Of a DNA stretch of 64,000 nt, positions 1 to 9,077 are shown one piece after another. The notes below the pieces were generated by a model, which had not been told where the DNA came from, did no database searches, and worked only from the letters and a program-made list of their open reading frames with translations. The stretch is from the NCBI GenBank assembly GCA_036556385.1, contig DATBJQ010000090.1:7057-71056 (forward strand), in the 5' to 3' direction. The stretch is from Actinomycetota bacterium. GTDB taxonomy: Bacteria; Actinomycetota; UBA4738; HRBIN12. Position numbers and translations under genes: made by a program. Every line of letters starts with the position of its first letter. Position 1 is the first letter of the stretch.

Positions 1-1347
1 GTCGTGATCCTCTTCTTCTCCTTCGGGCACGTGTCCTCGCGGTTGGAGGTGGCCCCGGGGTCGATCGAGGAGAAGGGCCTGCTGGCGGGGTGGCTCCTGC
101 TGGTGGCCGCCGCGTTCGTGTTGATCTTCACCAAGGGAGGGCGCGCACCCGACAAGCTGTTCCGCACCCTGTCGATGATCGCCGGGATCCTCGTCGTGGT
201 GAACCTGTTCCAGGTCGTTCGCTACTCGCCCGCGGTCGCGGTCGGTGCGACGGCCGTGGACCCGATGGACACCAGCGCATGGACGAAGCCCGACGGAACG
301 CCCCGCGACGTCTACTACCTCGTCTTCGATCGGTACGCGAACGAGCACACGTTCCAGGAGCAGTTCGGCTTCGACAACACCCCGTTCCTGACCGCCCTCG
401 CCGACGACGGCTTCTACGTGGTCCACGACGCCGTGGCCAACTATCCGCAGACGACGCACTCGCTGGCGTCGAGCCTGAACGCGACGCACCTCGAGGAGCT
501 CGCCGAGGAGGTCGGCCCGCGATCCACCGATCCGCGACCCCTCTACCGCTCGCTCCAGCGGTTCGCGGTGGCGCGGGCGTTCCAGGACCTCGGGTACCGG
601 TACGTCCACATCGGCACGTGGTGGCCGCAGACCGGCATCGACCCGTCGGCCGACCGCAACTACACCTACGGCGACTCCGGGGAGTTCACGACCGTCTTCA
701 CCCAGACCACGATGTTGCCGTCGATCTCGTCTGTCCTGGGGGTCCATCGCTTCGATTTCCGTCAGCAGGAGTACCAACGGATCGACTATCAGTTCGACTC
801 GCTGCGGCAGGTCGCCACGGATCCGGGTCCCACCTTCACCTTCGCGCACTTCACCGCCACCCATCCCCCGTACCTGATGGACGAGGACGGTCGGTTCGTC
901 CCGGACCCCGACGAGCGCACGATCGAGGCGGCCTACCTCGACACGATCGTCGCGACCAACCGGAAGATCCAGGACCTCGTGGACGACCTGCTGGCCGGGC
1001 CCGACGCGACCGATCCGATCATCGTCCTGCAGTCCGACGAGGGACCGTACCCGGTCGACGTGGAGCGCTACGGCCTGCACATCGTGCTGAACGATGAGCC
1101 GGATGACGTGCTGCAGCGCAAGCTCCGGATCCTGAACGCCTACTACTTCCCGGGGATGAGCGCGGAGGACGCCGGCCTGTATCCGTCCATCACGCCGGTC
1201 AACTCGTTCCGGGTGTTGTTCGACGCGTACTTCGACGCGGGGCTCCCGATCCTGGACGACCGTACCTACGTCTACGCGGACGACGACCATGCCTTCGACT
1301 TCACCGAGGTCACGAACCGGGTCCGCGTCGGTCCGCCCGGCGGGTGA
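1..1347 (+). CDS. Sulfatase-like (alkaline-phosphatase superfamily, LtaS/MdoB-type) membrane-anchored protein; 5' end lies outside the window
   Basis: ORF 4..1347 runs to the window edge. N-terminal hydrophobic segments are followed by 'FDNTPFLTALADDGFYV' and C-terminal 'ATHPPY', both typical of the phosphoglycerol-transferase/sulfatase fold. GC3 is high. Confidence 0.55.
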   Translation, partial: VVILFFSFGHVSSRLEVAPGSIEEKGLLAGWLLLVAAAFVLIFTKGGRAPDKLFRTLSMIAGILVVVNLFQVVRYSPAVAVGATAVDPMDTSAWTKPDGTPRDVYYLVFDRYANEHTFQEQFGFDNTPFLTALADDGFYVVHDAVANYPQTTHSLASSLNATHLEELAEEVGPRSTDPRPLYRSLQRFAVARAFQDLGYRYVHIGTWWPQTGIDPSADRNYTYGDSGEFTTVFTQTTMLPSISSVLGVHRFDFRQQEYQRIDYQFDSLRQVATDPGPTFTFAHFTATHPPYLMDEDGRFVPDPDERTIEAAYLDTIVATNRKIQDLVDDLLAGPDATDPIIVLQSDEGPYPVDVERYGLHIVLNDEPDDVLQRKLRILNAYYFPGMSAEDAGLYPSITPVNSFRVLFDAYFDAGLPILDDRTYVYADDDHAFDFTEVTNRVRVGPPGG

Positions 1348-1392
1348 CGGCCGGAGCTCCGGCCCGGCCTCCGCGGTGACGATGATGGCAGC

Positions 1393-2565
1393 GTGTTCCT
1401 CGTCGACCTGATCTTCCTGATCCTGCTCGTGGCCTCGGCCGTGGGCGGGTACCGGCGCGGCGCGACGCTGCAGGTCTTCGAGCTCCTCGGGCTCGGCACG
1501 GCGCTCGGCGTCGTGCTCCTGGTCGCGCCGCTCGTGGGCTCCGTCGAGATGGGGGAGCGGGTGCGGGTGGCGATCGTGGCCGCGATCGTCCTGGGCGCCG
1601 GCGTCGCCGGCGTCCTGGGCGGGCGCGTGCTCGGCGAACGGGTGCGGAAGCGCCTGCCCGACGAGGGTGGACGGCTCGACCGGTCCCTGGGCGCGGTGGT
1701 GTCCGTCGCGGCGCTGATCGTGGCCACGTGGTTCCTGGCCGTGAACCTCTCCCGAGGCCCGCTCCCGGATCTCGCCGCCTCGCTCCGAACCTCGGGTGTC
1801 GTCCGGTTGCTGGGCGGGGCGCTCCCGGCGCCCCCACCGCTGATCCCCGCGCTGGAGCGCTCCGCGGAGCGGCTTGGTTTCGACGATCCGTTCGTGGGCC
1901 TGCCGCCGGTCCCCGGCCCGCCGGTCGAGGACCCCCCACCGGCCGTGGTCGACGCGGCGGGCCAGGCGGCCCTGCCGTCCACGATCGAGGTCCTGGGACG
2001 TGGGTGCGTCCCCGACTATCTCAACCAGGGCTCCGGGTTCGTGGTCGCCCCTGGCTACCTCGTGACGAACGCGCACGTCGTCGCCGGAACCCACGGCGTC
2101 TTCCTGTACGACGGCGACCGGCACCCGGCGACCGTGGTCGCGATCGACCGGGCGATGGACCTGGCGGTCCTGCACGTGCCGTCGTACTCCGCCCCACCCC
2201 TCCGGCTCACCACCGCCGAGCAGGCCCGTGGCACGGGGGGAGCCGTCGTCGGGTTCGTCCGCGGCTACAACCCGCGCATCGAGCCCGCGGCGGTCCGCGG
2301 CGTGATCGTCGTGCACGGACGCGATATCGACGGCGATCGGCGCGTCGAGCGCCGGATCTACGAGCTGCAGACCGACGTGTTCGGCGGCGACAGCGGGGGA
2401 CCCTTCGCCCTGGCGGACGGGAGCGTCGCCGGGGTGGTCTTCGCCGACTCGGTCGTGGAGGACGGCGTCGCCTACGCGATCCGGTCCGCCGACGTCCAGA
2501 CGTTGTTGGACCGCGCGGTCGGGGCCACCGAGCCCGTCGACACGGGAGCCTGCACCGCTCGCTAG
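1393..2565 (+). CDS. CvpA-family membrane domain fused to a trypsin-like S1 serine protease (MarP/Rv3671c-like)
   Basis: The N-terminus has TM helices ([20 protein letters not shown]...). The C-terminus has '[18 protein letters not shown]', 'DLAVLHVP' and 'GDSGGP', the catalytic His/Asp/Ser triad motifs of chymotrypsin-fold proteases. Confidence 0.8.
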   Translation: MFLVDLIFLILLVASAVGGYRRGATLQVFELLGLGTALGVVLLVAPLVGSVEMGERVRVAIVAAIVLGAGVAGVLGGRVLGERVRKRLPDEGGRLDRSLGAVVSVAALIVATWFLAVNLSRGPLPDLAASLRTSGVVRLLGGALPAPPPLIPALERSAERLGFDDPFVGLPPVPGPPVEDPPPAVVDAAGQAALPSTIEVLGRGCVPDYLNQGSGFVVAPGYLVTNAHVVAGTHGVFLYDGDRHPATVVAIDRAMDLAVLHVPSYSAPPLRLTTAEQARGTGGAVVGFVRGYNPRIEPAAVRGVIVVHGRDIDGDRRVERRIYELQTDVFGGDSGGPFALADGSVAGVVFADSVVEDGVAYAIRSADVQTLLDRAVGATEPVDTGACTAR

Positions 2566-4637
2566 CGCCGGTCCGGCGCCACCCCCTCGAGGTCTGCCCC
2601 GAGCGCCGCCGGGTCGGTCACGGGCAGCCGGCAGGCGAACCGTTCGCACACGTAGGCGGTGGGCCGACCGTCGACGGCGACCCGGTCGCGGAGCAGGGGC
2701 ACGGCTGCGAGCGCGGCCGCGTCGTCCGGCTCCGCGACCGACAGCACGGCGTTGGGGACGAAGCGGGCGCGCAGGACCTCGTCGACGAGCTCCCGCGTCG
2801 CGCGGTCGCCGAGCGCGCCGATCACCGCGACCTCCCGCGCCGGCCCGATCAGCAGGTCGAGCGCGCAGAGCGCTTGCCCGAACCCGGTCGGGTAGCGCTG
2901 CATCGCGTCGCGGACCAGGCGGAGCGCCCCGACGGCGGCTCGCTCGTAGGCCGCGTCCCCGGTGAGCAGCGCGAGCCGCAGGAGCGTGAGGGCCGCCGCC
3001 GAGTTCCCGCTCGGGGTCGCGTTGTCCTCGGCGTCCCTGGGCCGGACCACCAGCCGCTCCGCGTCGTTCGCGGTCTGCAGGAACCCGCCCAGCTCGGGAT
3101 CCGCGAAGCGGGCGAGCAGGCCGTCGGCCAGCTCCCGCGCCCGCACGAACCAGGCGACCTCGCCGGTCGCCGCGTGCAGCGTCAGGAAGGCGTCGGCCAG
3201 CAGCGCGTGATCGTCGGCGAAGCCGAGCGTGGTGCCGGCCCCGGCGCGCCAGGAGCGCAGGAGTCGGCCCTCCGCGTCGCGGAGGCGATCCCACAGGAAG
3301 CTCCCGCAGACCACGGCCGCCTCCACGAACGAGGGCCGGTCGAACGCCCGTCCGGCGCGCGCGAGCGCGTCGATCGCGAGGGCGTTCCAGGCGGTGAGGA
3401 CCTTGTCGTCGGTCCCGGGGTGGACGCGCCGGTCACGGGCGGCGAACAGGACGGGGATCGCGGCCTCGACCTGCTCCACCAGGTCGCCGGGCCCCAGATC
3501 GTGCGCGGCGGCCACCGCGGCGACCGGGACGGGCCGCCAGAGCACGTTCGTCCTGCCGTCTTCGCCCAGCCAGTTGCCCTCCGGCGTCGCCCCCAGCGCC
3601 TCGGCGACCGCCTCTCCGGCCAGGGAGCGGAGGTCGTCCCACGACCACGTGAAGAAGCGTCCCTCCACACCCTCGCTGTCCGCGTCCTGCGACGAGGAGA
3701 ACCCGCCCTCGTCCTGCCGCAGCTCGCGGAGCAGGTAGTCGAGGGTGGTCTCGGCCACGGTCCGGAACCGCTCGTTGCGCGTCAGGAGCCAGGCGTTGGT
3801 GAACACCCGCGCCAGCTGGGCGTTGTCGTACAGCATCTTCTCGAAGTGGGGGACGTGCCATGCGGCGTCCGTCGCGTAGCGCGCGAACCCGCCGCCGACC
3901 TGATCGTGCATCCCGCCGTCGGCCATCCGTTCGAGCGTGAGCACGACCATCTCCAGGGCATCGGGGATCCCTCGCCGTGCGGCGCGGAGCAGGAACTCGA
4001 GGACCATCGGCTGGGGGAACTTGGGCGCGCCGCCGAAGCCGCCCCACCGCGGGTCGAAGCTCCTGCGCAGCCCCGTCATCGCGGCGTCCGTCACGGCCTC
4101 GCCCAGCGGCTCGTCGGACCCGGAGAGCAGGCCGGCACCGGCGATCGCCTCGGTGACCCGGCCGCTCTGCGCCTCGATCTCGTCGCGTCGCGTGGCCCAG
4201 GCCTCCGCAAGCCCCTCGAGCACACGGCGGAACGAGGGCAGCCCGTGCCGCGGTTCGTCGGGGAAGTACGTGCCGGCGAAGAACGGCCTGCCGTCCGGGG
4301 TCAGCCACACGGACATCGGCCACCCCCCCTGCCCGGTCATCGCCTGGACGGCGTCCATGTAGATCCGGTCGATGTCCGGCCGCTCCTCCCGGTCGACCTT
4401 GATCGAGACGAACCGCTCGTTCAGCAGCGTGGCCGTGGCCTCGTCCTCGAACGACTCCCGCTCCATCACGTGGCACCAGTGGCACGCCGCGTAGCCGACC
4501 GAGAGGAACACCGGCTTGTCCTCGGTCCGCGCCCGCTCGAACGCCTCGTCGCCCCAGGGGTACCAATCCACCGGGTTGCCCGCGTGCTGCAGCAGGTAGG
4601 GGCTCGAGGCGCCGGCCAGACGGTTCGTGGGGGTCAC
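2562..4637 (-). CDS. Thioredoxin-domain protein YyaL/DUF255 (N-acylglucosamine-2-epimerase-like six-hairpin glycosidase fold)
   Basis: '[54 protein letters not shown]...[12 protein letters not shown]' is the signature N-terminus of DUF255/YyaL. The ORF track starts at 4802, but the conserved N-terminus points to a GTG near 4637, which also avoids overlapping the divergent regulator gene. Confidence 0.8.
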   Translation of the reverse strand: MTPTNRLAGASSPYLLQHAGNPVDWYPWGDEAFERARTEDKPVFLSVGYAACHWCHVMERESFEDEATATLLNERFVSIKVDREERPDIDRIYMDAVQAMTGQGGWPMSVWLTPDGRPFFAGTYFPDEPRHGLPSFRRVLEGLAEAWATRRDEIEAQSGRVTEAIAGAGLLSGSDEPLGEAVTDAAMTGLRRSFDPRWGGFGGAPKFPQPMVLEFLLRAARRGIPDALEMVVLTLERMADGGMHDQVGGGFARYATDAAWHVPHFEKMLYDNAQLARVFTNAWLLTRNERFRTVAETTLDYLLRELRQDEGGFSSSQDADSEGVEGRFFTWSWDDLRSLAGEAVAEALGATPEGNWLGEDGRTNVLWRPVPVAAVAAAHDLGPGDLVEQVEAAIPVLFAARDRRVHPGTDDKVLTAWNALAIDALARAGRAFDRPSFVEAAVVCGSFLWDRLRDAEGRLLRSWRAGAGTTLGFADDHALLADAFLTLHAATGEVAWFVRARELADGLLARFADPELGGFLQTANDAERLVVRPRDAEDNATPSGNSAAALTLLRLALLTGDAAYERAAVGALRLVRDAMQRYPTGFGQALCALDLLIGPAREVAVIGALGDRATRELVDEVLRARFVPNAVLSVAEPDDAAALAAVPLLRDRVAVDGRPTAYVCERFACRLPVTDPAALGADLEGVAPDRR

Positions 4638-4710
4638 GCCTCCAGTCTGGCCGCGAGCGGTGGCGAACGGCACCCGTTTCAGCACACCCCCCGGCCTGCC
4701 GATGCCCTGG

Positions 4711-5388
4711 ATGGACATGGGCGATCTCCGCGTGCTCGTCGTGGGCGACGGGACCACCTTGGCGCAGGACCTCCGACTGGTGCTCGGCCGCCGCGCCGGC
4801 ATCCGCGTCTCCGAGCCGGTGTCGGAGGCGAAGGCGGCGTTGGCCGCGGTCCTGGCGGGCCGCGCCGACCTGGTGGTCGTCGACCTCGACCACGACCCGC
4901 AGGGTCTGCCGACGATCTCGCGACTGCGTGACGGCGCGCCGCGCGTCCGGATCCTGGCGGCCGGCGGGGCGTTCGACGAGGCGGCGGCCGCGGCGGTCCT
5001 GTCCGCCGGCGGGTGCGGCCTGCTGCCGCGCTCCTACGAGCCGCAGGTCCTGACGGAGGCGTTCCGGCGAGCCGTGGACGGCGGGGCGGTGCTGCCTGAT
5101 CTCCCGGCCGATCTTCCGGCCGCCGCCCTCGGGCGGCTCCCGGTGTCCGCACACACGGCCCCGGCCGAGGACCCCTTCGCGAGCCTCACCCCGCGCGAGC
5201 TCGAGGTGCTGGAGCTGCTGGCGTCGGGCCGGTCCACCCACGAGGTGGCCGCGACCCTCGGGATCAGCGCCACGACGGTGCAGAGCCACGTCAAGAACCT
5301 CCTGGCGAAGCTCGGGGTCCACTCCAAGGTCGAGGCGGTGCGGCTCGCGTGGCGCAGCGGCGTGGTCGCGACCCCGGTCGGCGCCTGA
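4711..5388 (+). CDS. NarL/FixJ (LuxR-HTH) family response regulator with a degenerate receiver domain
   Basis: C-terminal '[45 protein letters not shown]' is a LuxR HTH. The N-terminal receiver-like fold keeps the Asp ('DLVVVDLD') but lacks the conserved Thr/Ser and Lys. Start placed at the internal Met ([11 protein letters not shown]). Confidence 0.75.
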   Translation: MDMGDLRVLVVGDGTTLAQDLRLVLGRRAGIRVSEPVSEAKAALAAVLAGRADLVVVDLDHDPQGLPTISRLRDGAPRVRILAAGGAFDEAAAAAVLSAGGCGLLPRSYEPQVLTEAFRRAVDGGAVLPDLPADLPAAALGRLPVSAHTAPAEDPFASLTPRELEVLELLASGRSTHEVAATLGISATTVQSHVKNLLAKLGVHSKVEAVRLAWRSGVVATPVGA

Positions 5389-5424
5389 TCCGCCGCGGCC
5401 GGCCACCCGGCGTAGCCTTCGACC

Positions 5425-6090
5425 ATGTCGTCTGAGCCGGTCCGCGTCCTGGCGATCGTGGGTCATCCCGTGATCGTCGGGGTCCTCCGGCTCGCGTGCG
5501 ACGCGGAGCCGTCCCTGCGGATCGTCGGCGAAGCCTTCGCGGGGACCCGGGGTCTCGAGCTCCTGCGGAAGGCGCCGGCCGACGTCGTCGTGGTGGACCT
5601 CGAGCTCGCCGAGCCGGCGGGCGTGCAGGTGGTCCGGTCGCTCCGCGAGGACGGGTACGTCGGCGGCGTGCTGGCGATCTCGGACCGGAGCGACGGGGCG
5701 ACCGTCCTGCAGGCCCTGCGATGGGGGGCGGACGGGTACCTGACCAAGGCGGACGGTCTGCGCGAGGTGGGGCCGGCGCTGCTGCGGGTGGCCCGCGGGC
5801 AACGCGTCGTCGATCCGTCGCTCGAACAGGCGGCGGTGCGCGAGCTGGGCAGGTTCGCCCGTCAGGTGCGCCAGGGGAACGACGCCGCCGGTACCGTGAC
5901 CCCCCGGGAGCGCCAGATCCTGCAGCTCCTGGCCGAGGGCCTCACGATGCGGCAGGTCGCACGCCGTCTCGAGATCTCGCCGCGAACCGTCGAGACCCAC
6001 GTGGCCAAGCTGTATCGGAAGCTCGACGTGCGCACGCGCGTGCAGGCGATCGCGCGGGCGGCATCGATCGGGCTGATCGACCTCGAGTGA
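5425..6090 (+). CDS. NarL/FixJ (LuxR-HTH) family response regulator lacking the acidic Mg-binding pair in the receiver
   Basis: LuxR HTH 'VTPRERQILQLLAEGLTMRQVARRLEISPRTVETHVAKLYRKLDV'. The receiver has Asp (VVVVDLEL), Ser and Lys (YLTK), but beta1 is 'LAIVGHPV' with no DD. Confidence 0.8.
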   Translation: MSSEPVRVLAIVGHPVIVGVLRLACDAEPSLRIVGEAFAGTRGLELLRKAPADVVVVDLELAEPAGVQVVRSLREDGYVGGVLAISDRSDGATVLQALRWGADGYLTKADGLREVGPALLRVARGQRVVDPSLEQAAVRELGRFARQVRQGNDAAGTVTPRERQILQLLAEGLTMRQVARRLEISPRTVETHVAKLYRKLDVRTRVQAIARAASIGLIDLE

Positions 6091-6190
6091 CCGCCCCCGG
6101 GCTCAGGAGCGGTCGCCGGAACGCCGATGACGCCGGTGAGGCCCCGTCACCCGGGCCCGATCGGCCGAGTAGGCTGCGCAGGGAGCACGC

Positions 6191-6898
6191 GTGAGCAGAC
6201 GAGACACCCCCCCGACGACCGCGCCCGGTCCGCGACGGCGGCTCGGTGTGATCGTGGTCGATGCCCTGCCGGTCGTCCGTGCCGGGCTCCGGGCGCTGAT
6301 CGAGGAACGCCCCGACCTCGAGGTGCTGGGGATCGCGGGCAACGCCACCTCCGCGCTCGAGGGCATCGCGAAGGTCCGTCGCTCGCGCGTGACCGTCCTG
6401 GTGGGACTCGGGCTCACCGGTGAGCACGACGCCTTCTGGCTGATCCGCACCGTCCGCGAGCGGTTCCCCGGGCACGCCGTGCTGGCGGTCGGGGCCAACG
6501 CGGACCCGGCCGTGGTGAGCCGCGCCCTCTTCGTGGGCGCGGACGGCTTCGTGGACAAGAACGTCGAGCCGGCCGCGTTCGTCGACGCGATCCACCGGGT
6601 GGCGGAGCGCGAGATGGTGCTGGCCGGCCCCGCGACCGGCACGGTCGGGCAGATCGCGATGGGGATCGAGGCGCGCCGCGACCTGGAGGCCCGCCTCACC
6701 GACCGGGAGCGGCAGGTCCTGTCGGTGGCCGCCGAGGGCCTCACCGCCCGCGAGATCGCCGACCGGCTCGGGGTGCGGGAGCGGACGATCACGACCCACC
6801 TCGCACGGATCTACGGGAAGCTGGGCGTCGGGAACCGCCTGGCCGCGATCCAGACGGCGACGCGGACCGGGATCGTCACGGTCGGCGCCGCCGAGTAG
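6191..6898 (+). CDS. NarL/FixJ (LuxR-HTH) family regulator with a pseudo-receiver (phospho-acceptor Asp apparently replaced)
   Basis: LuxR HTH 'LTDRERQVLSVAAEGLTAREIADRLGVRERTITTHLARIYGKLGV'. The receiver-like N-terminus has 'TVLVGLGLTGEHD' where the phospho-acceptor Asp should be. Confidence 0.75.
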   Translation: MSRRDTPPTTAPGPRRRLGVIVVDALPVVRAGLRALIEERPDLEVLGIAGNATSALEGIAKVRRSRVTVLVGLGLTGEHDAFWLIRTVRERFPGHAVLAVGANADPAVVSRALFVGADGFVDKNVEPAAFVDAIHRVAEREMVLAGPATGTVGQIAMGIEARRDLEARLTDRERQVLSVAAEGLTAREIADRLGVRERTITTHLARIYGKLGVGNRLAAIQTATRTGIVTVGAAE

Positions 6899-6901
6899 CG
6901 C

Positions 6902-8392
6902 TCACGCGCGCACGAAGACCGCCGACTCCTCGTCCTCGTACACGAGCCGCCACCCCGGGTCGTCGCGCAGCTCGTCCTGCAGCGTCCAGTCGCGGAGGTC
7001 CACGACGATCGCGTCGGCCTCCCACCGGTCCAGGACCTCGCGCCACGCCGCGCCCGTGCCCCGCAGGTCCTGGTACTCGTACCAGAGCTCGGTCGGGAAC
7101 AGCTCGATCCGGGGATCCACGAACAGCGGCATCTCGGGGAGGGCGTACTCGAACCACGACCCCCACGGCTGCGGCACGACGAGGCGTGAGCCGGGCGGGA
7201 CGGCCTCGCGGACGGCCTCCACGGCGGGCTGGGGTGCCTCGCGGAGCAGCAGTTCCACTTGCCGAGCCTCGTTCGGGGCTCGCCACCACGGGAGGAGCAG
7301 CACGATCGCGAGCGACAACCCTCCGACCAGGGTCGCGTTCATCATCGGGTTCCCACGGCGGCTCGCCGGCTGCGCGACCGCGTCGGGGAGCAGACCGGCG
7401 ACCACGACGGGAACGACGAGGCCCCACCACAGGAGGCCCCGGATCGCCGGCAGGGCCAGCAGGAAGAACGTGCCGAGCCACAGCAGGTCCCACCAGGGGG
7501 CGGGTATGCGGCGCCGGGCGAGGAACGCAGCCACCCCGAGCGCGGACAAGAAGAAGGTCGCGCCCGCGTACCCGTTGAGCGAGGTCGGCTCCCATTCCGA
7601 CACGGCGTTGCGCACGATCGGGTTGGTCGTCAGGTCGAAGACGTAGGTCCACACGCCGAAGCCGTAGGGGTTCACCAGCGTCGCGAGCACGCTCGCCACG
7701 CCCACCCACAGCAGGGTCTTCATCGTCGAGCGGTGGGTGACGACGTCCTCGAGGAACGCCAGGCCCACCATCAACGGGATCAGGAAGAAGCTCCCGTGGA
7801 GGTTCGCCCATGCCAGCGCGAGGACCGGGATGATCCACAGCCGGCGGGGCCGCTCGCCACGACCCGCAAGCGCCCACAGCGTGAGGCAGAACATCGGGAC
7901 GACCAGCAGCTGCGGCCGGTACGCCATCGTGGGCATCGCCAGGACGTAGCCGCCGAGGGTCAACAGCGCGGCGGGCCGCGGCGCCGCTCCCCGGCGCCGG
8001 CACGCCAGGTACACGATCCCGAACGAGCCACCGATCAACGCGGCGCCGAGGACCGTGAGGGCCGCCCAGCCCCCGGCGCGATGGGTCAGGGCGAACACGA
8101 CCTGCGCCCCCCACTGCTGGTTCACCCACGGCTCCCCGGCCACGGTGAACGTCATGAGATCCGTGCGGATCAGCTCGCCGCGCTCGAGCATGTCGAGGCC
8201 GACACGGACGTGGTACGCGAGGTCGATCGCCACCATCCTGCTCAGGAGCGAGACGATCACCGGTATCAGGACGGTGAGGCTCGCCCAGACCCGATCGAGG
8301 GTGAGCCCGCGTCCGGGCGGGACCGTCTCGGCGAGGGCCTCCGCGTCGGCGGTGGCGCCGGTGACGAGCAACCGCGAGCCGGTGTCCTCCAC
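6902..8392 (-). CDS. Polytopic membrane protein, probable GT-C-fold glycosyltransferase (PMT/ArnT/oligosaccharyltransferase-like) with a C-terminal extracytoplasmic domain
   Basis: About 11 predicted TM helices. An early extracytoplasmic loop carries 'ERGELIRTDLMTFTVAGEPWVNQQW'. A soluble C-terminal domain of about 120 aa follows the last TM. The gene is divergent from the flp promoter region. Confidence 0.4.
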   Translation of the reverse strand: MEDTGSRLLVTGATADAEALAETVPPGRGLTLDRVWASLTVLIPVIVSLLSRMVAIDLAYHVRVGLDMLERGELIRTDLMTFTVAGEPWVNQQWGAQVVFALTHRAGGWAALTVLGAALIGGSFGIVYLACRRRGAAPRPAALLTLGGYVLAMPTMAYRPQLLVVPMFCLTLWALAGRGERPRRLWIIPVLALAWANLHGSFFLIPLMVGLAFLEDVVTHRSTMKTLLWVGVASVLATLVNPYGFGVWTYVFDLTTNPIVRNAVSEWEPTSLNGYAGATFFLSALGVAAFLARRRIPAPWWDLLWLGTFFLLALPAIRGLLWWGLVVPVVVAGLLPDAVAQPASRRGNPMMNATLVGGLSLAIVLLLPWWRAPNEARQVELLLREAPQPAVEAVREAVPPGSRLVVPQPWGSWFEYALPEMPLFVDPRIELFPTELWYEYQDLRGTGAAWREVLDRWEADAIVVDLRDWTLQDELRDDPGWRLVYEDEESAVFVRA

Positions 8393-8472
8393 GGACGGAT
8401 GCTACGGCACGATCCCCGCAGGTCTTGAGCGGGCCGCCGGACGGGCACGGGGGTAGGTCCCTGTACCCGAAG

Positions 8473-8504
8473 CTACGTACGTAGGACTACGTAGCCTGCG
8501 TACG
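8473..8504. promoter_or_regulatory. Cluster of TACGTA-core palindromes (CTACGTACGTAG, CTACGTAG, CGTACG) in the flp promoter region
   Basis: A perfect 12-bp palindrome at 8473-8484, a perfect 8-bp palindrome at 8487-8494, and CGTACG at 8499-8504. This locally AT-richer segment lies about 110-135 bp upstream of the flp ATG, between divergent genes. Confidence 0.45.
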
Positions 8505-8609
8505 GGAAACTCGGAATACCATGCGCCGCTCCGCCTCTGTACGGTCCCACGTGGGCGGAGTAGCATCCTTCCGCTCCAGAACGGGCTCAGGAGGAAAGGG
8601 GGTGACAGG

Positions 8610-8822
8610 ATGTTCCTTCGTCTCTACTCGGGTGTGACCACCTGGTGGACCGACCTCAAGGGCCGTGCCCAGGAGGAGGGTGGCGCGACCGCGGTTGAGT
8701 ACGCGCTGATGGTTGCCCTCATCGCGGTGGTGATCATCGCCGCCGTGGCCTTCATCGGCCAGAGCGCCAGCACGCAGTTCAACAGCGTCGGCACGTGTGT
8801 CGACGACCCGGCGAGCTGCTAA
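8610..8822 (+). CDS. flp: Flp-family type IVb pilin (Flp/Fap prepilin)
   Basis: 70 aa. 'EGG/ATAVEYALMVALIAVVIIAAV' is a class-III prepilin leader with a G^A cleavage site and the Glu/Tyr Flp motif. A strong AGGAGG RBS sits 8 nt upstream. The C-terminal tail carries two Cys. Confidence 0.9.
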   Translation: MFLRLYSGVTTWWTDLKGRAQEEGGATAVEYALMVALIAVVIIAAVAFIGQSASTQFNSVGTCVDDPASC

Positions 8823-8858
8823 CGCCAAGCACCAGGAGTGGCCGGCCCGCCGGCCGCT

Positions 8859-8888
8859 CGTTCTCCCGGGACGAAGCCCGGGAGAACG
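8859..8888 (+). terminator. Perfect 12-bp-stem hairpin immediately downstream of flp (attenuator/terminator-like)
   Basis: cGTTCTCCCGGG-acgaag-CCCGGGAGAACg lies 37 nt after the flp stop and 190 nt before cpaB. There is no U-tract, as is common in high-GC actinobacteria. Confidence 0.45.
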
Positions 8889-9077
8889 AGGGACCGGCGG
8901 ACCCAGGGGAGATGTGGGTGACGTGAGGGTCTGGGGGCCCGACGGCGGCGCACCGCCGCCCGAACCCCCCGATCGCCCGTCGCTCAGGTCCCCCCTCCGC
9001 CGACCGATACACGGAACGGGCGCGACGCAGCGTCGCGCGATGGGTCTCGGAGGAAGACGCGAGAGGAGCGACGGGAC

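Noticed and set aside
1728-4931. 1067-aa plus-strand ORF (and the 855-aa minus ORF at 3433..6000) overlapping the YyaL and regulator genes
   Set aside because: The translation is Arg/Gly/Pro-rich and low-complexity, as is typical of antisense or out-of-frame ORFs in 70% GC DNA. It has no stop codons simply because of base composition. The real genes here have clear domain signatures in other frames.
8487-8828. 113-aa minus ORF overlapping flp
   Set aside because: It is antisense to a pilin gene that has a strong RBS and signature motif. No domain is visible in its translation.
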